NCBI GenBank assembly: GCA_018660465.1
Contig: JABJKH010000007.1
Location: 16,031 to 80,030 of the forward strand
DNA: 64,000 nt
Reading direction: 5' to 3'
From: Rhodospirillaceae bacterium
GTDB taxonomy: Bacteria > Pseudomonadota > Alphaproteobacteria > Rhodospirillales > JABJKH01
How positions within the stretch are numbered: position 1 is the stretch's first letter; each line of letters starts with the position of its first letter. Positions 9,568 to 18,143 of the stretch are shown here, piece by piece. The notes below the pieces were generated by a model that was given only the letters and a program-made list of their open reading frames with translations, searched no databases and was not told the origin of the DNA. The position numbers were made by a program, and so were the translations under genes.

Positions 9568-11172
9568 CTAAGAGTCCCGTATAGGTGCAGCTTGTCCATG
9601 GAATCCCCGGTATTGTTGACGAATAAAGCCGAAAATTCCATGGCTTATCATCGACGTGAGACCTTTACCGCCCCGATAAAGCCGATTGACGTCTTCCATC
9701 GAGCGAATTGAACTAAGGTTCGTGTACCACATTCCAGGCGACGTATACATTTCAATATAAGCCCGCTTATACCAATACTTCATGCTCTCTTTATCGAAGT
9801 TTGGATTTACATACACCGGATCGTCGAAATCGATGGCAATAAAGTCGCTCCAACTGGCGGCCCTGCGCAATCCGCCCATTTCCTTGCAGCTCTTATAAAG
9901 AGCCGACCCTGGATAGGGAACCGGCAAATAGAATAGGGCCATATGAGGCCGCAACTTTTTAGCAAACTTAATGGTGTTCCGCACCATCGCTTCATCTTCA
10001 CCGGGCAAGCATAGGATAAAGTTACAGAGGATTCTCATCCCCGCGTCGCGCACCATTTTGACGCCGGCCTCTTGTTGCTCGACGGTGCACCCCTTTTGGA
10101 CGACCTTCAGAGATTCTTCATTTCCAGACTCAATGCCTGTGCTGAGCAGCCGACATCCCGCCGTATACATGGCCTCAAGAAGTTCTGGATCCACCCGGTC
10201 CATACGGGTTCCCGCCGCCCATTTTAAATCCAAATTTTCCTTCACCATCAATTCCATCAGCTTCATGGTATGTTTTTTATTAATGGTAAATGTCGAATCT
10301 TGGAAATAAACACCCTTCGCACCATGCTCATATTTCAGAATTTTTAATTCCTCTATAATTCGCTCGGGCGAGAAGAATCGGCTCTTTTTCCCGAGAATTT
10401 GAGCGGCTTCACAGTAAGAGCAAGAAAACGGGCATCCCCTTTGGGTCATTATGGAAAAAGTCGGGAGTTTAACATATTGAGTCGGGTGGGGCACATAGCG
10501 CGAAATATCTAAATCCGAATTAAAACCGACAGGAATATCATCCAACTCTCCAAGAAAAAGCCGGTTAGGGTTGACCTTCACGGCATCATCTTCACCTCTG
10601 TACACAAGGCCAAGAATTTCAGAAAAATCGTCATCTCCTTCGGCCAATGCATTCAATAGCTCGTCGAACGTATGCTCCGCTTCGTGACGGATGATAAAAT
10701 CAACTTCCGGGCACTGTTCCATGGTGAATTCAGGCAGCGTCGATGCATGAATATTACCAAATACAATTTTAGCGTTTGGCAGGACCCTTCTGACAATTTT
10801 AGCAGAAGAAAACGCATAATCGGCAGTCGGCGTAAATACCGGCAAAGCAACGATACTGTATTGTTCCTCTTCTAGTTTGGCGACCAGGGATTCTTCGGTA
10901 ACATCACCAAACTGGGTATCCAAAAAATCAACCGTATAGCCTCTTGCCTTAAGCCATGAATAAACCGAAATTGTGCCGATCGGCAGGAGATACCCCTGCT
11001 CTGTTTTTGCACTTCCCCAAGCAGCCTCTGCTGGAAAAAGCGGTTCCAAAAGTAAAATTTTCAGAGCCTTAGCTTCTTCGCTTGGCGCATAGTCCAACTT
11101 CTGGTCGTGGCCGACCTTGTTAACCGATGAAGTTAACGGCGAGATATCCAGAATGTTGACTTCTTGATCCAT
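9568..11172 (-). CDS. B12-binding-domain radical SAM enzyme (class B)
   Basis: The 534-aa protein has an N-terminal B12-binding-like region (KILLLEPLFP...). The CxxxCxxC cluster motif is GCPFSCSYCEA. A strong SD (GGGGGA) precedes the ATG. Confidence 0.85.
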   Translation of the reverse strand: MDQEVNILDISPLTSSVNKVGHDQKLDYAPSEEAKALKILLLEPLFPAEAAWGSAKTEQGYLLPIGTISVYSWLKARGYTVDFLDTQFGDVTEESLVAKLEEEQYSIVALPVFTPTADYAFSSAKIVRRVLPNAKIVFGNIHASTLPEFTMEQCPEVDFIIRHEAEHTFDELLNALAEGDDDFSEILGLVYRGEDDAVKVNPNRLFLGELDDIPVGFNSDLDISRYVPHPTQYVKLPTFSIMTQRGCPFSCSYCEAAQILGKKSRFFSPERIIEELKILKYEHGAKGVYFQDSTFTINKKHTMKLMELMVKENLDLKWAAGTRMDRVDPELLEAMYTAGCRLLSTGIESGNEESLKVVQKGCTVEQQEAGVKMVRDAGMRILCNFILCLPGEDEAMVRNTIKFAKKLRPHMALFYLPVPYPGSALYKSCKEMGGLRRAASWSDFIAIDFDDPVYVNPNFDKESMKYWYKRAYIEMYTSPGMWYTNLSSIRSMEDVNRLYRGGKGLTSMISHGIFGFIRQQYRGFHGQAAPIRDS

Positions 11173-11293
11173 ATTAGATCCCCCTTTTCGAATCCTATAT
11201 AAAAACGCCTAAACTATCTTTCAAGTCCAGCAAATTTATTTTAATTCCAATTCGTTGCCACACATTTAACGGAAGCGAAAATGAGGTTTCAAT

Positions 11294-13186
11294 TCAGTCC
11301 TTGATCTCAGTCGGAGACATATACCCTTTGAACGGCCATGATTTCAGCACTTTCCACCCGCCGCCATCGCGCTTCAGTAGGTAGGATGCGCCTTTTTTTA
11401 AGTTAGGATTGATAGCACCCAGAACACCAGGGGTAATACTATGAACCCAAATAAAGTCCGGCTTCTTCCGATCCAGGTTAAGTCGAATGTTTTGAGCTGT
11501 CGCACTGGAATAAGCACTAATTTGTCCCACCATCTTCCGGCCTGCCATGTACATGTGATAGCGCATTTGCGTGCCGTAGGCGCCATCGCTTTCAGGATCA
11601 ACAGCCACTATGGTTGCGTCTTTTGGAAGCAGCTCGACAATTTCAGGCACTATCTCTCGAATATGAATTTTGGTCGCACGCACATCAAAGCGTAGCTTAT
11701 GGATCAAACCGACCTGAAGCCCAATAACGAGAATGATCGCCAGCCACATTACGGGCCGAAGATTCCATCCGCGCCCAAAAATATAGCGCCGATACAAAAT
11801 TCCAAGAACCACTATAAAGGCAACGACAACAATTAAACCCAAGTGCGTATTATAGCGCCAAAATGATGCGACCCGAAGCGCATCGAACCGACCAAAGACT
11901 GCCAAATATGTAATTAACAGGAAGACGTTGTAAGACATGAACGCAAAACCTGCCATTACGAACAAGCGGTCTCGTGCTCCACGCCATCGAAACAACCCGT
12001 ATAGAGCCATACCCGAGAGGATAAATGAGGGAATAAAGTATCCACCCTTTTTCGTAACAACATAAAATGCCCGCATCAAAATATCGTAAGATATCTCCCA
12101 GAACCATTTATCAAACGGTCGGATCGTGTGCTGTGGGCCGACTAAATTGCTCGCGACGTATTGTCTCCAGATTAAAAATATCACAATTGCCGGGATAATT
12201 ATTAAAGGAAGAAGAGACACAAATTCTTTTAATTTTATCTTTGAATCCCGCAGCGCTACAAGGATCACGGCGAACAATAAAACCAAGAAAAGCGCCAAAG
12301 TCGCCTGTTTCAAACTGATCAAAATGAGCAACGCCAAGGCGAGCATCCAGGCCTGCCGTCGTGCCTCTTTCCGATTACCCTCTGCCAACTCCTCAAACAT
12401 ATGCCAGGCAATGATCATCCCGAGGGCCATTGCCAGACCGGATGCCAGCTCACCGTATGCCGTCAGAACCAGTTTTTGCACAAACGTCGGATTAAGAATT
12501 GTTACTGCGAGAATCCCTGTTGCGCACGCCCACCAAGGCGGAGCCTCGTCGGAGAACAACTGCGGCTCCGTCTGCTGCTCAGGCCGACCTTGAGCCACAA
12601 TTATCCGGGCAACCAAATGAGCGAACGACATCAGCATAAGAACGTTCAAAACGGCTGTCGTGTTCTCAATAAATTCACCGGCAATGTTACTCGTTAAATA
12701 AACCGGAAACCCCATGCCATAGGGATAGCCCGCCATAGAGGCTGCGCTACGAGGCAGGTCTGCGTTTGGAAAACTGTCCCACACGAAGAGATAATGCGCC
12801 GCTGGCAGCCAATGGGCGAATTCATCCCACTGTGACGGATGCATTGCCGAAACCACCAATATCATCGGTAATCCCAGCAACGCTGTCCGCCCGATCCCTT
12901 TAGGCAAAAGAGGAATTTGTCGTTTAACCACCACCCAGACCGAAACCAAGAGCGCGGCAAAGAAAATCCAACCCGCAATCTTTAACGGCCAGCCAAATAA
13001 TGCGCCCGTCACTGTGAAGATGATAATTATGAAAGCCCAGCCAAAGATCACATTCATCTCCGGCATACGATGACGACCGGTAATCGCAGCACCAATCACA
13101 GACATCGCAGCGGCGATGGCCACAATAACACCAAGCATCAAAAATTGGTTTAAGCTGGGGATAAATAGATCAATTACGGACATCAA
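11294..13186 (-). CDS. Large polytopic membrane protein, GT-C-like putative glycosyltransferase
   Basis: The 630-aa protein has more than 12 predicted hydrophobic helices. An acidic motif lies in an early loop (QWDEFAHW), as in GT-C enzymes, and there is a C-terminal soluble domain. The function is inferred from architecture and context only. Confidence 0.55.
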   Translation of the reverse strand: MMSVIDLFIPSLNQFLMLGVIVAIAAAMSVIGAAITGRHRMPEMNVIFGWAFIIIIFTVTGALFGWPLKIAGWIFFAALLVSVWVVVKRQIPLLPKGIGRTALLGLPMILVVSAMHPSQWDEFAHWLPAAHYLFVWDSFPNADLPRSAASMAGYPYGMGFPVYLTSNIAGEFIENTTAVLNVLMLMSFAHLVARIIVAQGRPEQQTEPQLFSDEAPPWWACATGILAVTILNPTFVQKLVLTAYGELASGLAMALGMIIAWHMFEELAEGNRKEARRQAWMLALALLILISLKQATLALFLVLLFAVILVALRDSKIKLKEFVSLLPLIIIPAIVIFLIWRQYVASNLVGPQHTIRPFDKWFWEISYDILMRAFYVVTKKGGYFIPSFILSGMALYGLFRWRGARDRLFVMAGFAFMSYNVFLLITYLAVFGRFDALRVASFWRYNTHLGLIVVVAFIVVLGILYRRYIFGRGWNLRPVMWLAIILVIGLQVGLIHKLRFDVRATKIHIREIVPEIVELLPKDATIVAVDPESDGAYGTQMRYHMYMAGRKMVGQISAYSSATAQNIRLNLDRKKPDFIWVHSITPGVLGAINPNLKKGASYLLKRDGGGWKVLKSWPFKGYMSPTEIKD

Positions 13187-13355
13187 TAATTAAACCGCCT
13201 CTTGGGCTCCAAAAGAATGATTGGTACCTTGGATTTTCAGACTAAACATTCAGAAAGTTAGTCTTAGAAAGTTAGCTCGGGAATTTTTTCAATATTAAGC
13301 GGCCTGAACCTACAAGAACCGCCCCTAAACACAACATAATTCTAAAGATATGCAG

Positions 13356-14930
13356 TCACGAGCGCGCGGCCAAATTCCTGCCGATCCGGTCTGCATTGGC
13401 CATGATTGTAAATGTTGGGTTTTTGCCGGCGAGTTGAGGAAAAATGGCACCATCGGCGATATGGAGTCCCGGAAGGCCCACCACCTGTCCTTGGGCATCC
13501 GTCGCCAATCCAGAACCTCCCCCCATGGGAAACGTCCCCGCGTAATGAATATCGCTGCCAGGTTCTGAGATCCGCGCACCGCCGGGCAAGGCATAGGCCC
13601 CAAGATGGCGAAATCCTTTGGTAAGCTTATGGCGAAGGGTCTCCACCCGATCTTTAAAATCCGACGCATACGCGCCCTGAATTTGAAGCTCGCCAGAACT
13701 TCCCAAGGTAACGGCATGGTGGCTGTAGTCCCCTGGCAGAAAACAATTGAGAAAAACCAATGACGGCATTACCCGGCGCAAGAACCCAATGGCAGCTGGG
13801 CGACTAAGGGGCAAGTGGCGAGCGATCTCAGACGTCAGTAATGATCCGCCTGAGAACACCACCCCGTGAGCATAATCGGGATCATCTGGACCGGCCTCCA
13901 CCCTAAACCCCAATTGCCCGAGCGAAAAACCTTTGCTGGCAACTGCACGACCAATTCTCCCCGGCAAACATAACGCCATCGCAAATGCTGGGTTTGAGAC
14001 CAGCTTGATCGGTTGATCACGATGCCCAAGGGATTGCAGCGCAAGCTTCGTTGACCCAATCGTTCCCGCCGCAAGAACCACTGTTTTTGCCCTGACAACG
14101 CCGCCCTCATAGCGCACCACGATCTCGTCCCCCTCGCGCTCAACAGCTTGGACAAAGCATCCTCGGCGATATGTGAAACCGTCGCGTTTACCCAGCGCCT
14201 CAACATCTTGCGCCGCGCTGTAGATTGAGCCCTTCGAGCAGCCCCACAAACACATGTCGTCTTCCGTACACGCCCTTCGATTGCCCAAGGACGCACTCAG
14301 CACAGCATTTCGCGCCCGACCAAGATAAAAGCCTAACGCCTGAGCCTTTTCCCGGCGCGCCTCATACCGTTGCAAAAGGTGCTGCGTGTTTTCATGCAAA
14401 GGGATCGGTGCCTGCAACGGTACATCGCTGCCATAGAATTCACCCATATCGTCGGCCGCCTCACCACTCACGCCGATGCGCGATCCAACGGCTTTGAATG
14501 ACGCTGCCAAATCTGCCCGTGAAATGGGAAACCCCTTCAAGTCCCGATCATCGTAAGCATAGGCCCCAGCCCCCCAGGCATTTGAGAGTCCCCCTGTCGC
14601 AAGAGACCCCACCGCCATGAAGGACTTGGTCTTCAGCCGATAGGCTTCGGAAAATCCTTCGAACGTGTAGGCGCTCGCCGGCACTTTTAATTTCGGCGAT
14701 ACGTTGCCCTGATCCTTAAGACCGTGAAAATCCTCGCCCAGGAATACCCGCCATTGATCCTCATCCTGGCGACGAATATCCAAAAAAGCGCCTTCGGTCT
14801 TCGGCGTATCTTTTGGACCCAGCCCCTGATCGAGCATCAATACCTTCCGGCCCGCCTCTATCAGCGGCCAAGAAACCGAGACCCCAGCGGGACCACTGCC
14901 GATCACAATGACATCCGCGTCAACCGTCAT
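13356..14930 (-). CDS. GMC-family FAD-dependent oxidoreductase
   Basis: The 524-aa protein has an N-terminal FAD fold (VIVIGSGPAGVS). C-terminal GMC-like motifs are HYAGTFPMG and LHIADGAIFP. Confidence 0.8.
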   Translation of the reverse strand: MTVDADVIVIGSGPAGVSVSWPLIEAGRKVLMLDQGLGPKDTPKTEGAFLDIRRQDEDQWRVFLGEDFHGLKDQGNVSPKLKVPASAYTFEGFSEAYRLKTKSFMAVGSLATGGLSNAWGAGAYAYDDRDLKGFPISRADLAASFKAVGSRIGVSGEAADDMGEFYGSDVPLQAPIPLHENTQHLLQRYEARREKAQALGFYLGRARNAVLSASLGNRRACTEDDMCLWGCSKGSIYSAAQDVEALGKRDGFTYRRGCFVQAVEREGDEIVVRYEGGVVRAKTVVLAAGTIGSTKLALQSLGHRDQPIKLVSNPAFAMALCLPGRIGRAVASKGFSLGQLGFRVEAGPDDPDYAHGVVFSGGSLLTSEIARHLPLSRPAAIGFLRRVMPSLVFLNCFLPGDYSHHAVTLGSSGELQIQGAYASDFKDRVETLRHKLTKGFRHLGAYALPGGARISEPGSDIHYAGTFPMGGGSGLATDAQGQVVGLPGLHIADGAIFPQLAGKNPTFTIMANADRIGRNLAARS

Positions 14931-16198
14931 GGGTTCCGCCTGCCCAACAAAATTCTAAGTGGCAAGAAAACAGCCTCAACAGCCAGCAACACACCAAGTT
15001 CAAAAATAGAAATCAGCCAAGACCTCTGGTCCAAGGCGCAGAAGTCTTTGGCACCTTCCGGTGTTGTCTCCGCAATAACCATGGCAATCGCCAAGCGATC
15101 CGCCACCCTCCCTGCTCCGCCGATAGGTTCAAAGATTCTCATTAGTCCAGGCCAGCCATAGACGATGCCCGGCAAATTTAGTGGGATACTCCCGCGCGTC
15201 GCTTCCACTGCTCGTACGTACCGACGAATGAGACTTTCACGGACAGAACGCCCCGTGACATATGTTAGCAAGGCTCGGCCTTCACGCAGTAGCCGCCGAC
15301 GATTTTTTGGGTTTTCCTGGGCGAAGGCTGAAATCGCATCACACGGGGCCATCCCCAGCGCCTCAAACGATGCCGGGCTGTCCATGATTGCGATATCGGT
15401 CAACCCGAGCACCCGCTCACGTGGGATATTGGGAAGACCCGGTATAACCCGCGCAATTGCAATTCCCATCAAGACAAAACTTATGGGTAAAGGCACCAGC
15501 CGAATGCGTCTTCCAAACCGCGTCCAAGCGAGGTCCTTAATCAGACGCCCAAACGAGATAGGAGTCGGATCGCCCAAATAAAACATTTTTTGCTTTGGCT
15601 GCACACTTGGGTCTGCCAATCGCAGGAGGGCCTCACAAAGCTGATCCACATGAACTGGCTGCAATAAAGTAGACGCACACGTCACCGGCACGATGGGGGC
15701 GGTTCGAACCATCTCACAAAGTTTTCCATAGACCCCACCTTCTTCACCGCCACAAACAAGTCCAGGTCGCACAATTAATGCGTCGAACTCAGCCAACATT
15801 GTTTCGACGGCAAATTTTCCTCGTCCGTACGATGTAGGAGCATCTGGGCGCGATGATTGACTGGAGACAAAAACAAACCGCGACACACCTGCTTTATGAG
15901 CAGCCTCCGCCAAAGCCCGGGTGCCGGTTACATCAACCTCTCCGCCCTCACCATCGCTCAAGCCGGCAGAGGCTAGATGAACAACGGCGTCCATGTCGGT
16001 GAGATCAGGGGCTGCCCCACTCAAATCATAGGAGACAAACTGGTAAGCACCTTCTTCAATCCCCTCAGGTCGCTTTCGCCCCAGCACGGTCAGCTCAATC
16101 CCCTGCGCTAACGCCTGCCGACATAACCGTCGACCGATGTACCCACCGCCACCAGTTACAGCGAGGCAAAAAGGGTTTGGGGTTTCTTGATCTTGCAT
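14927..16198 (-). CDS. NAD-dependent epimerase/dehydratase-family SDR with hydrophobic C-terminal extension
   Basis: The Rossmann motif is AVTGGGGYIGRRL and the YxxxK motif is SYGRGKF. About 130 extra C-terminal residues include hydrophobic segments. I prefer the ATG at 16198 over the TTG at 16234. There is a 4-nt overlap with the downstream GMC gene. Confidence 0.75.
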   Translation of the reverse strand: MQDQETPNPFCLAVTGGGGYIGRRLCRQALAQGIELTVLGRKRPEGIEEGAYQFVSYDLSGAAPDLTDMDAVVHLASAGLSDGEGGEVDVTGTRALAEAAHKAGVSRFVFVSSQSSRPDAPTSYGRGKFAVETMLAEFDALIVRPGLVCGGEEGGVYGKLCEMVRTAPIVPVTCASTLLQPVHVDQLCEALLRLADPSVQPKQKMFYLGDPTPISFGRLIKDLAWTRFGRRIRLVPLPISFVLMGIAIARVIPGLPNIPRERVLGLTDIAIMDSPASFEALGMAPCDAISAFAQENPKNRRRLLREGRALLTYVTGRSVRESLIRRYVRAVEATRGSIPLNLPGIVYGWPGLMRIFEPIGGAGRVADRLAIAMVIAETTPEGAKDFCALDQRSWLISIFELGVLLAVEAVFLPLRILLGRRNP

Positions 16199-16295
16199 GC
16201 GCGGAGTATAGGCGGGCAGGTCGGCAAGCGGCAAGAAACTCGCCCGATAGCAGACTTATCTCTAAGATACTTGAAAGCAGGGAGAACATCTGACC

Positions 16296-18116
16296 ATGTC
16301 GACTGAGAAAAGCCGAACCTGGAGTTGGGAATTTGATAGCCCGCCCAAAGTTGTGTGGACCGCACTGGCCAACACTCAACGGTTTAACGAAGCCATCGGC
16401 GCACCGACATACAAAGTCGAAGAGCTACCGCAATCGGACGGCAGCGTTATTTCCATCGCGCGGGCGCGAAAAGGGCCATTTGATTTAGAATGGGAAGAAG
16501 CGGTAGTTGACCGAGTCTTCAATCGTTGGTTTCACCAACGCCGGATATTTCTGAAGGGTCCGCTAAAAACGTTAAACTCTTGGCTTAAGATTACCCAAAC
16601 TGAAAAAGGGTGTCGTGCCGAATTTACCATTGCGGCGACCCCATCTGGGATGATGGGCCGACTTATTTTAGCAACTCGATTTTTTTCTGGCCCTGATCGT
16701 GTACTCAATCAACTGGCCGCTAACATGAAATCATTTGCGGACGGCACGGTGGAAACACCCTACGAGGTACCCCCGCCAACCTTAGCCCTTGGCAGCGAAG
16801 CCCGTATCCGCGACCTTAAGGAAGCTATCGACCAATCGCCCTTTTCTCACGGCTTAACGCAACGACTGGCCGACTTCGCATTCAAACGACAAGACGCCGA
16901 TGTGTCACAGATACGGCCCTTGGCGCTGGCAAGGCTGTGGAATGTTCCCGCACGGCACGCGGTCGAAGTATGCCTTCAGGCGGCGAAACAAGGACTCCTA
17001 GGTCTACGCTGGCATCTGTTATGCCCTCACTGCCAAGGCGGAAAAGGAGAATCTGCCTCCCTCGATCAACTGCCCGTAGGCGAACACTGCAACTCCTGCA
17101 ATATAGATTTTGACCGGGAATACTCGGGCAATGTTGAACTGGCGTTTCATCCTGCTGCAGCAATTAGACCCGTCGAGACCGCTGCCTTTTGTACGGCGGG
17201 ACCAATGGTCACACCCCATGTTGTCGTACAGATTTCTCTCAAACCAGGAGAAACAAGAACGGTCACAGCAGAACTGGCTCACGGAAGCTATCGCCTTCGC
17301 ACCGTAGAGCCAGGTCCAAGCCACATCATTGACTGGCATTCAGGCGGTTTTCCGGAAGTCATTGCCAATGTAGATTCTATGGAAGCGGGTGCCCCAGTTG
17401 ATTCCGGAAAAATTACCTTAACCAACCGTACTGGCCGTCGGCTGGCCTTGGTGATAGAGGAACGAGGTTGGGCGCGTGACGCCCTGACGGCAGATAGAGT
17501 GACAACCTACCAAGCCTTCCGTGATCTCTTCTCCCGTGAGGTGCTGAGGCCTGGTGATACCGGAGATATCGATCATGTCACCCTGATGTTTACAGATCTC
17601 AAGGGATCGACCGCGCTTTACAATCGTGTCGGCGATCCAGAAGCTTACGCTCAAGTCAGAGACCATTTTTCCGTTCTTGGCACTGCTGTTCGCGAAAATA
17701 ACGGTGCCGTGGTTAAAACCATTGGCGACGCGATTATGGCTGCATTCGCCAACCCCCTAGATGGTTTGGCGGCGGCGATCCAAATTCAGAATGATATGAA
17801 GGCTCATAATTCGACCACTGAGGGCGAACCTTTGATCATAAAAATTGGTCTAAATACCGGACGATGTATCGCCGTCACGTTAAATGACCGGTTGGATTAC
17901 TATGGTGCCACGGCCAATCTAACGGCCCGCCTGGAAAGTCAAAGCCAAGGGGGGGACATCATTTTGTCGGAGTCGCTCACTCATGATGCGGCGATCTGTG
18001 ATAGACTAACTAAGATCACATTGGAAAAGGGAATGGCCGAATTAAAGGGGTTCGCGGATAGCATCCCGTATTTTAGAGTATTGGCAGACGACATAAATAA
18101 GCTTGTAGACGATTAA
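16296..18116 (+). CDS. Class III adenylate/guanylate cyclase with N-terminal SRPBCC-like and Cys4 zinc-ribbon-like regions
   Basis: The C-terminal cyclase domain shows VTLMFTDLKGSTALY, GDAIMAAF and RLESQ. The middle region has CPHC...CNSC. The N-terminus has an SRPBCC-like pattern. Confidence 0.85.
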   Translation: MSTEKSRTWSWEFDSPPKVVWTALANTQRFNEAIGAPTYKVEELPQSDGSVISIARARKGPFDLEWEEAVVDRVFNRWFHQRRIFLKGPLKTLNSWLKITQTEKGCRAEFTIAATPSGMMGRLILATRFFSGPDRVLNQLAANMKSFADGTVETPYEVPPPTLALGSEARIRDLKEAIDQSPFSHGLTQRLADFAFKRQDADVSQIRPLALARLWNVPARHAVEVCLQAAKQGLLGLRWHLLCPHCQGGKGESASLDQLPVGEHCNSCNIDFDREYSGNVELAFHPAAAIRPVETAAFCTAGPMVTPHVVVQISLKPGETRTVTAELAHGSYRLRTVEPGPSHIIDWHSGGFPEVIANVDSMEAGAPVDSGKITLTNRTGRRLALVIEERGWARDALTADRVTTYQAFRDLFSREVLRPGDTGDIDHVTLMFTDLKGSTALYNRVGDPEAYAQVRDHFSVLGTAVRENNGAVVKTIGDAIMAAFANPLDGLAAAIQIQNDMKAHNSTTEGEPLIIKIGLNTGRCIAVTLNDRLDYYGATANLTARLESQSQGGDIILSESLTHDAAICDRLTKITLEKGMAELKGFADSIPYFRVLADDINKLVDD

Positions 18117-18143
18117 CCGCTTGGCACCGTAATATATTTGAAT

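Noticed and set aside
11236-11265. 9-codon minus-strand mini-ORF (MCGNELELK) upstream of the radical SAM gene as a possible RiPP precursor.
   Set aside because: It is far too short, has no SD and shows no leader/core-like features. The cluster context (GT2, GT-C) argues for glycan or lipid chemistry rather than peptide chemistry.
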